Below, in pieces: positions 46,008 through 52,390 of a DNA stretch of 52,390 nucleotides. The stretch is from an uncultured Archangium sp. Its GTDB lineage: Bacteria; Myxococcota; Myxococcia; Myxococcales; Myxococcaceae. Positions within the stretch are counted from its first letter, which is position 1, and every line of letters begins with the position of its first letter. The translations under genes were made by a program, and so were the position numbers. The stretch covers positions 1-52,390 of the forward strand of contig CALNBU010000553.1 of assembly GCA_937875615.1 (NCBI GenBank), in the 5' to 3' direction. The notes under the pieces are model-generated. The model was not told where the DNA came from, made no database searches, and saw only the letters and a program-made list of their open reading frames with translations.

Positions 46008-46519
46008 GTGCGCTGGCGCTGACCGCCTGCGTGACCGCTCCCCGGCCCGCGCCGGAGCCGCCGCCGTTCGTGCTGCGGCTGACGCCGGCCAGCCTGGGGC
46101 GCGAGGTGTCGCTCAGCCAGCGCATCACCCTGGTCCGCGAGGGCGCGCGCCAGAGCTTCGACGCGCTGCTGGAGGTCGACGCGTCGGCGGTGCGGGTGGC
46201 GCTGCTGGGCGCCGGCCAGACGCTGGGGAGCCTCACCTGGGACGGCGAGCGCTTCACCCGCAAGGCCTCGGCCTTCGTGCCTCAGGCGGTGACCGCGGAG
46301 CGCATCATCACCGACATCGAGCTGGCCTTCTGGCCGGAGGACGCGGTGCGCGCCGGGTTGCCCGAGGGCTTCGCCCTGACGGAGCGCGAGGGCCGTCGGG
46401 AGTTGTCGCTGGGCGGTGAGCCCTTCGCCACCGTCACCTGGGACGCAGGGCACCGGCGGGTGGTGTTGACCCAGCACCGCTTCGGCTACGTGCTGGAGAT
46501 CGAGTCGGTGGACGCGTGA
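45989..46519 (+). CDS. DUF3261-type lipoprotein (ApeN-like)
   Basis: TTG at 45989 gives (M)RAAFLSALALTA|C, a clean lipoprotein signal. It overlaps the halogenase 3' end by 19 nt. The body (SLSQRITLVREG...LLEVDASAVRVALLG) resembles DUF3261 as recalled. Confidence 0.6.
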   Translation: MRAAFLSALALTACVTAPRPAPEPPPFVLRLTPASLGREVSLSQRITLVREGARQSFDALLEVDASAVRVALLGAGQTLGSLTWDGERFTRKASAFVPQAVTAERIITDIELAFWPEDAVRAGLPEGFALTEREGRRELSLGGEPFATVTWDAGHRRVVLTQHRFGYVLEIESVDA

Positions 46520-47673
46520 GCGCCTTCTTGTCGGAGCCCGCGGTGGTGTGCGCGCTGGGCCGCGATGCGGCGGAGGTCCGCGAGGCGCTCTTCGCGCCGG
46601 CGGTGGGCGGGGTTCAGGTGAGCGACTTCTTCTCTGCGCAGCGGCCGCTGGCGCTGGGCCGGGTGCCGGGCGAGGTGCCCGCGCTCGCCGACGTGCCGGA
46701 GGCGCTCCGCAGCCGCAACAACGCGCTGCTGGCGATGGCCATGGCGCAGCTGCCCCTGGCCGCGTTGGTCGAGCGCTTCGGTCGCGCGCGCGTGGGCGTG
46801 GTGCTGGGCACCAGCACCTCGGGCATCGGCGAGTCGGAGCTGGCCATCGACGCCTACGTGAAGACCGGCGCGCGCCCCGCCGGCTACACGTACCTCAAGC
46901 AGGAGCTCGGCTCTCCGGCGCGCTTCGTGGCGAGACAGCTCGGCACCTCGGGGCCCACCGCCGTCATCAGCACCGCGTGCAGCTCGTCGGCGAAGGCGAT
47001 GGCGTCGGCGGCGCGCTGGTTGGAGGCGGGGCTGGTCGACGCGGTCATCACCGGGGGCGTCGACTCGCTCTGTCGCTTCACCATCGCGGGCTTCAGCGCG
47101 TTGGAGTCAGTGAGCGACGGCCGCTGCAACCCCATGAGCCGCCACCGCAACGGCATCAACATCGGCGAGGCCGCGGCGCTCTTCGTGATGACCCGCGAAG
47201 ACACCGGGGTGCGGCTGGCGGGTTGGGGTGAGTCGTCTGACGCCCACCACCTTTCCGCGCCGGACCCGGAAGGGAAGGGCGCCGTCGCCGCCATGCGACA
47301 GGCGCTGGCGCGCGCGCAGCGGGCGGGCGTCGACTACGTCAACCTCCACGGCACGGCCACGCCGCTCAACGACGCCATGGAGAGCCGCGCGGTCGACGCG
47401 GTGCTGGGCCTCGAGGTGCCCTGCAGCTCCACCAAGCCGCTCACCGGCCACACGCTGGGCGCGGCGGGGGCGCTGGAGGCGGCGCTCTCGTACCTCACGT
47501 TGACCGACGGGGCCGGGCGGTTGCCGCCGCACTGGTTCGACGGGGCGCGCGACGAGGCGCTGCCGGGCATCCGCCTGGCGCAGGTCGGTGAGCGCGCCGC
47601 GCCGCGGGCGGTGCTCAGCAATTCGTTCGCATTCGGGGGCAGCAATGCGGCGCTGGTGCTGGTACGTGACTGA
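46516..47673 (+). CDS. Beta-ketoacyl-ACP synthase (ApeO-like)
   Basis: GTGA overlap upstream. Active site ISTACSSSAKAM, plus HGTATPLND and GHTLGAAG. Confidence 0.9.
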   Translation: MSAFLSEPAVVCALGRDAAEVREALFAPAVGGVQVSDFFSAQRPLALGRVPGEVPALADVPEALRSRNNALLAMAMAQLPLAALVERFGRARVGVVLGTSTSGIGESELAIDAYVKTGARPAGYTYLKQELGSPARFVARQLGTSGPTAVISTACSSSAKAMASAARWLEAGLVDAVITGGVDSLCRFTIAGFSALESVSDGRCNPMSRHRNGINIGEAAALFVMTREDTGVRLAGWGESSDAHHLSAPDPEGKGAVAAMRQALARAQRAGVDYVNLHGTATPLNDAMESRAVDAVLGLEVPCSSTKPLTGHTLGAAGALEAALSYLTLTDGAGRLPPHWFDGARDEALPGIRLAQVGERAAPRAVLSNSFAFGGSNAALVLVRD

Positions 47674-47679
47674 GCCGAC

Positions 47680-48138
47680 ATGACGAAGTCCTTTTCTGGA
47701 CCGGTCTCGGAGTTGTTGCCGCACCGGCCGCCCATGTTGCTGATCGATGCGCTGCTGGAGGACTCGCCGGAGCACGTGCGGGTCTCCGCGCTGGTGCGCC
47801 GCGAGGCGCTCTTCGTGACGGAGGAGGGCTGGCCGGGGTGGGTGGGCGCCGAGCTGATGGCGCAGAGCATCGGGGTGTGGGGCGGGCTGCTGCGCCTGAG
47901 CCGCGGCGAGGCGGTGCAGGTGGGGTTCCTCCTGGGGTCGCGCCGCTACGAGTGTCGCGTACCCTTCTTCCCCGTCGGGGCGCGGCTGGAGATCAACGCG
48001 GTGCAGGAGATCGTCAGCGAGCAGGGCCTGGCGGTGTTCAACTGCACGCTCTTCATGGATGGCGAGCCCGTGGCCACCGCCAACCTCAACGTCTTTCAAC
48101 CGCCGGACGTCTCGGCGTACCTGAAGGAGCTGATGTGA
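47680..48138 (+). CDS. Hotdog-fold 3-hydroxyacyl-ACP dehydratase (ApeP-like)
   Basis: 152 aa. LLPHRPPMLLIDAL... is a FabZ/ApeP-like N-terminus. The gene sits between the KS and KR genes. Confidence 0.75.
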   Translation: MTKSFSGPVSELLPHRPPMLLIDALLEDSPEHVRVSALVRREALFVTEEGWPGWVGAELMAQSIGVWGGLLRLSRGEAVQVGFLLGSRRYECRVPFFPVGARLEINAVQEIVSEQGLAVFNCTLFMDGEPVATANLNVFQPPDVSAYLKELM

Positions 48139-48860
48139 CTGACACCGTGCTGGTGACCGGCTCGAGTCGAGGCATCGGTCGCGCCATCGCGCTGCGCGCC
48201 GCGCGAGACGGCTTCGACGTGGTGGTGCACTGCCGCAGCCGGGTCGACGAGGCCCACGCGGTGCAGCAGGACATCGCCGCGCTGGGCCGCGCCTCGCGCC
48301 TGCTGACCTTCGACGTCGCCGACAGAGACGCCGCGCGCGCCGCGCTGGAGCGCGACGTGCAGGCCCACGGCGCGTACTATGGGGTGGTGTGCAACGCGGG
48401 CATCGCGCGTGACACCGCCTTCCCCGCGATGACCGGCGAAGACTGGGACCAGGTCATCCACACCAACCTCGACTCCATCTACAACGTGCTGCAGCCGCTG
48501 GTGATGCCGATGGTGCAGCGCCGGAAGCCGGGCCGCATCGTGACGCTCTCGTCGGTGTCCGGCGTGCTGGGGAACCGCGGGCAGGTGAACTACTCGGCGG
48601 CCAAGGCAGGCATCATCGGCGCTACCAAGGCGCTGGCGGTGGAGCTCGCGCGGCGCGACATCACCGTCAACTGCGTGGCGCCGGGGCTCATCGACACCGA
48701 GATGGTGTCTCCCGAGGTGCTGGAGCACGCGCTGGAGTTGATCCCCGCGCGGCGCGTCGGCAAGCCGGAGGAGGTGGCGGCGGTGGTGTCGTTCCTGCTT
48801 TCTCCGGGCGCCGCGTACGTCACCCGGCAGGTGATTTCCGTCAACGGAGGCATGGGATGA
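48135..48860 (+). CDS. fabG: 3-oxoacyl-ACP reductase (SDR; ApeQ-like)
   Basis: GTG at 48135 overlaps the upstream stop. Cofactor motif TGSSRGIGRAIA, catalytic YSAAK, and NAG. Confidence 0.9.
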   Translation: MTDTVLVTGSSRGIGRAIALRAARDGFDVVVHCRSRVDEAHAVQQDIAALGRASRLLTFDVADRDAARAALERDVQAHGAYYGVVCNAGIARDTAFPAMTGEDWDQVIHTNLDSIYNVLQPLVMPMVQRRKPGRIVTLSSVSGVLGNRGQVNYSAAKAGIIGATKALAVELARRDITVNCVAPGLIDTEMVSPEVLEHALELIPARRVGKPEEVAAVVSFLLSPGAAYVTRQVISVNGGMG

Positions 48861-50083
48861 AGCGTGTCGTCGTCACCGGAGTGGGCGCGCTGTCACCGCT
48901 GGGCCACGACTGGCCGGCGGTCTTCGGCAAGCTCCAGTCGCTCACCACCGCGGTGCAGGTGGTGCCGGCCCTCGGCGAGTACGAGGGGATGCTGACCCGG
49001 CTGGGCTGTCTCGTGGCGCCGTTCGAGCTCGACGAGAAGGTCTACAACCGCAAGTCGACGCGCAGCATGGGGAAGGTGGCGGTGATGGCGGCGCGGGCCT
49101 CGGAGCTGGCGCTGCAGCAGGCGGGGCTGCTGGGTGACCCGCTGGTGAAGAGCGGCCGCCTGGGCATCAGCTGCGGGAGCTGCATGGGTTCGCTCTCGCC
49201 CATCACCGACTTCGGCCGGTTGATGACGCAGAAGACGACCGCGGGCATCACCTCCACCACGTACATCAAGGTGATGGCGCACACCGCGCCGGTGAACGTG
49301 GGTGTCTTCTTCGGCATCACCGGGCGCATCATCACCACCTCGTCGGCGTGCACCTCCGGGAGCCAGGGCATCGGCTACGCCTACGAGGCCATCCGCAGCG
49401 GCGCGCAGGTGGCGATGCTGGCCGGCGGCGCCGAGGAGTGGGACGTGGCGCAGGTGGCCGTCTTCGACACCCTGTTCGCCACCAGCACCAGCAACGAGAC
49501 ACCCGAGAAGACGCCGCGGCCCTTCGACGTGAAGCGCGACGGGCTGGTGCTGGGAGAAGGGGCCTGCATGCTGCTGCTCGAGGAGTACGAGCACGCGAAG
49601 GCGCGCGGGGCCCGCATCCTCGCGGAGCTGGTGGGCTTCGCCACCAACAGCGACGGCACCCACGTCACCAACCCCAACAGCGCCACCCAGGCGCAGGCCA
49701 TGCGCGCGGCGCTGGACGACGCGCAGCTCTCGCCTTCGGACATCGGCTACGTCAACGCCCACGGCACCGCCACGTCGAACGGCGACATCGCCGAGTCGCA
49801 GGCCACGCACGCGGTCTTCGGCGACCGGGTGCCGGTGTCGTCGCTCAAGTCGTACATGGGGCACACCCTGGGCGCCTGCGGCTCGCTGGAGGCGTGGATG
49901 ACCTTCGAGATGCAGCGCGAGAAGTGGTTCGCGCCCACCGTGAACCTGGAGTCAGTGGACCCGGCCTGCGGCGCGCTCGACTACGTCAGGGGCGGCGGCC
50001 GCGCGCTGGACACCGAGTTCGTGATGACCAACAACTTCGCCTTCGGCGGCATCAACACCTCGCTCATCTTCCGGCGCGCGTAG
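48857..50083 (+). CDS. Beta-ketoacyl-ACP synthase I/II-like (ApeR-like)
   Basis: ATGA overlap upstream. TSSACTSGSQGIG, NAHGTATSNGD and GHTLGACG form the Cys-His-His triad. Confidence 0.9.
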   Translation: MKRVVVTGVGALSPLGHDWPAVFGKLQSLTTAVQVVPALGEYEGMLTRLGCLVAPFELDEKVYNRKSTRSMGKVAVMAARASELALQQAGLLGDPLVKSGRLGISCGSCMGSLSPITDFGRLMTQKTTAGITSTTYIKVMAHTAPVNVGVFFGITGRIITTSSACTSGSQGIGYAYEAIRSGAQVAMLAGGAEEWDVAQVAVFDTLFATSTSNETPEKTPRPFDVKRDGLVLGEGACMLLLEEYEHAKARGARILAELVGFATNSDGTHVTNPNSATQAQAMRAALDDAQLSPSDIGYVNAHGTATSNGDIAESQATHAVFGDRVPVSSLKSYMGHTLGACGSLEAWMTFEMQREKWFAPTVNLESVDPACGALDYVRGGGRALDTEFVMTNNFAFGGINTSLIFRRA

Positions 50084-50554
50084 TCAGAAGGTGGCCACGG
50101 TGGTCAGCGACGGCGGGCCCAGCCCGGAGCGCTGCCGTCGCACCTGCTCCAGTTGTTCGCGCAGCTCGTTCGCCGCCGCGTTGCGCCTCAGGCGTTGCTC
50201 CACCCTGTCGGCGAGCATCCAGATGGCCAGGATGCCCAGCGGCATGCCCAGGCCGACGGCGACCAGGCCCAGGATGCCCAGCGGCAGCGCGAACAGTCTG
50301 CTGGTGATGATGGCCGAGAGCAGGATGCCGGTGCCGATCAGCGTGGAGGTCGCGCCGATGACCAGCAGGGTCACCGGCAGCCGGATGGAGACGCGCAGCC
50401 GCGTCAGCTCCGCCAGCTCTGCTTCGAGCTGCCGCACGGATGGATACGGCGTGAGCAGGATCTCGATGGGTGCGTCGTCTCCGACGAGGCGCGCGCCGGT
50501 GGCGTCGGGCTGAATCTGACCGCACAGCGAGAGCAGCAGCCCCGTCAGCAGCAT
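50084..50554 (-). CDS. Small membrane protein of unknown function, co-directional with and 9 nt downstream of the ammonia-lyase gene
   Basis: 156 aa with GC-rich third positions. It has a hydrophobic N-terminus, two long TM helices and an Arg-rich coiled C-terminus. I recognise no family. Confidence 0.5.
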   Translation of the reverse strand: MLLTGLLLSLCGQIQPDATGARLVGDDAPIEILLTPYPSVRQLEAELAELTRLRVSIRLPVTLLVIGATSTLIGTGILLSAIITSRLFALPLGILGLVAVGLGMPLGILAIWMLADRVEQRLRRNAAANELREQLEQVRRQRSGLGPPSLTTVATF

Positions 50555-50563
50555 CGCGGGCGG

Positions 50564-52065
50564 CTACAGCATGCCCGGGAGCGAGAAGGTGCGCATCCGG
50601 CTCAGCAGCGCGCGGAGCTCCGGCTCGAGGGCGCGGTCTTCGATGAGCGGCTTGAGCTCGAGCGCGCTGGCGAAGCTGGCCACCTTCTCGGGCAGCTTCG
50701 CGCCAGAGCGCTGCTTGAGCCACACCGCCTGGTGCGTCGCGAAGGCGTGAGCGGCGGCCACCTGCTCGGTCAGCTCCAGCACCCGCAGCGCGTCGCGCGC
50801 GGCGATGGTCCCGAGGCTCACCTTGTCCTGGTTGTGGCACTCGGTGCTGCGCGAGAAGACCGACGCCGGCATGGTGTTCTTGAGCGCCTCCGCGGTCCAC
50901 GCCGAGGAGGAGATCTGCAGCGCCTTGAGGCCGTGGCTCACCGCGGCCTGGGTGCCGGTGGCGCCGGTGAGGTTCGACGGCAGGCCGTGGTTGAAGCGGG
51001 TGTCGACCAGCAGGGCGAGCTGGCGGTCCATGAGGTCCGCCAGGTTGGCGACCACGTTCTTGAGCGTGTCCATGGCCAGGGCGACGTGGCCACCGTAGAA
51101 GTGCCCGCCGTGCATCACCTTGCCGCTCTCGGGGTCGATGAGCGGGTTGTCGTTGGCGCTGTTGAGCTCGTTCTCGATGAGCGAGCGCAGGAAGGGGAGC
51201 GCGTCTTCCGCCACGCCGATGACGTGGGGCGCGCAGCGCACCGAGTAGCGGTCTTGCAGGCGTGACTCCGTGTGCTCGGAGCCCTGGAGATCTTCGCGGA
51301 TCCAGCTCGCCGCGCGCTGTTGCCCTTCATGCGGCTTGGCCGAGTGCAGCAGCGCGTCGAAGTGGTGCGGGTTTCCTCCCATCGCCGCCGAGGCCAGCGC
51401 GGTGAGGTGCGCGGAGAACCTGGAGAGCGCGGCGGCGCGCTCGTGCGCGAGGCACGCGAGGCCGGTCATCACCGCGGTGCCGTTCATGATGGCCAGGCCC
51501 TCTTTGGGCAGGAGCCGGATGGGCGCGATGCCCCGCTCGGCGAAGACCTCGGCGGTGGGGCGCCGGACCCCGTCGACGAGCACCTCGCGTTCGCCGCACA
51601 ACACCGCGGCGACGTAGGAGAGCGGGGTGAGGTCTCCGCTGGCGCCCACCGAGCCCTCCTGCGGAATCACCGGGAGCAGGTCCTCGGTCAGCAGCCGCTC
51701 CAGTTGTCGCAGCAGCGGCAGCGACACGCCGGAGAAGCCCTGCACCAGGGACTGCAGCCTCGCGGCGAGGATGGCGCGCGTCTCCTCGGGGCCGAAGATC
51801 TGGCCCAGCCCGACGCCGTGGTACGTGTAGAGGTGGCGCGGCAGCTCCGGCACCAACTCGGGGGGAACGCCCACCGTCACCGAGTCTCCGTAGCCGGTGG
51901 TGACGCCGTAGATGACGCCCTTCTGCGCGAGCGTGCGGGCGACGTGCGCGGAGCCGGTCTCGATGCGCGTCAGGAAGCGGACGTCGGAGGAGAGGCTCGA
52001 CGAGAGAGCGTGGCGACCTGTTCGATTTTGAGCGGCTGTCCATCGAAGGTGATGAGCTGCGTCAT
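50564..52065 (-). CDS. MIO-dependent aromatic amino acid ammonia-lyase (TAL/HAL/PAL family) with an apparent frameshift near codon 21
   Basis: The main frame (ORF 50564..52174) carries YGVTTGYGD and the MIO triad in GSVGASGDLTPLSY. The family-typical N-terminus MTQLITFDGQPLKIEQVATLS starts at the ATG at 52065 in a different frame (ORF 51970..52155). The main-frame N-terminal extension has no family resemblance. Confidence 0.8.
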
Positions 52066-52155
52066 GTGCGGTGCGCCTGTAGGCAGGGCCCCACTGATTT
52101 GCAATCGACAAGCCGGCACTTGACGCTGCGCTGCGTGTGCGGTCCCCTTCGCCAC

Positions 52156-52390
52156 ATGAGAGCACTCCCGTCACTTCGCAGTGTCTGTGTGTCAGCCGCG
52201 CTCCTCTTCCTCATGGCCTGTCCGCCTGAGCCCACGACCGATGGTGGAACCGGTGGTGGCAGCACGGTGGGCGGCGGTGCAGGCGGTGGCGCGGTGGGTG
52301 GCGGCTCAGGCGGAGGCGCGGTGGGCGGCGGCTCAGGCGGTGGCGCGGTGGGTGGCGGCTCAGGTGGTGGCGCGGTGGGCGGCGGCTCAG
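52156..52390 (+). CDS. Gly-rich repeat lipoprotein, N-terminal fragment (3' end outside the window)
   Basis: ATG at 52156 gives MRALPSLRSVCVSAALLFLMA|C (lipobox), followed by GG(S/A)GGGAVG repeats. The ORF is open to the window end and so is absent from the ORF track. Confidence 0.55.
   Translation, partial: MRALPSLRSVCVSAALLFLMACPPEPTTDGGTGGGSTVGGGAGGGAVGGGSGGGAVGGGSGGGAVGGGSGGGAVGGGS
52273..52390 (+). repeat. 27-nt in-frame tandem repeat (at least 4.3 copies, continuing beyond the window)
   Basis: Units ggcgg(c/t)(t/g)caggcgg(a/t)ggcgcggtggg(c/t) occur at 52273, 52300, 52327, 52354 and 52381. Confidence 0.8.

Noticed and set aside
52113-52130. Possible sigma-54 promoter (cGGCAC..N..cTGC) upstream of the Gly-rich lipoprotein gene.
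   Set aside because: The GG-to-GC spacing is one nucleotide longer than the TGGCAC-N5-TTGC consensus, and the flanking T residues are missing. Too weak to call.
52066-52174. Using the ATG at 52174 (or the TTG near 52112) as the true ammonia-lyase start, giving an intact 536-aa protein.
   Set aside because: The resulting N-terminus (MTGVLSCGEGDRTRSAASS...) has no resemblance to the family. The family-like N-terminus is encoded in another frame from 52065, so a frameshift is the more economical explanation.

Overview
High-GC bacterial chromosome segment (GC judged by eye, not computed). The gene content (many Cys-, Gly- and Pro/Asp-repeat lipoproteins, an extra lspA, an A2M-pbpC pair) suggests a myxobacterium; this is inference. 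I call 47 protein genes. I found no rRNA, tRNA, CRISPR array, integrase or transposase. The main result is an aryl-polyene (APE; flexirubin/xanthomonadin-type) type II FAS-like cluster in the canonical ape gene order, present as two co-oriented halves. ApeC-to-ApeM-like genes lie at 604-8599. A flavin halogenase plus ApeN-to-ApeR-like genes lie at 44772-50083. About 36 kb and 27 unrelated genes separate them (pgpH-ybeY, two POT transporters, uvrA, ssb, hslO, dacB, A2M-pbpC, lspA and others). Converging on the second half is an MIO-type aromatic ammonia-lyase (TAL/HAL) whose conserved N-terminus sits in a different reading frame from the rest, an apparent 1-nt indel. The best candidate for something undescribed is a 704-aa secreted Cys-rich protein with BPI/TULIP-like sequence patterns directly upstream of a CsgG-like lipoprotein that carries a long Arg/Pro tether. 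Other notable items are a short phytochelatin-synthase-like cysteine peptidase downstream of uvrA, a LexA-box-like dyad before uvrA, a translationally coupled POT-UPF0158-POT trio, an intrinsic terminator abutting the hslO RBS, and coding tandem repeats. The many long Arg/Ala/Gly/Pro-rich ORFs on opposite strands are high-GC shadow ORFs and are not called.
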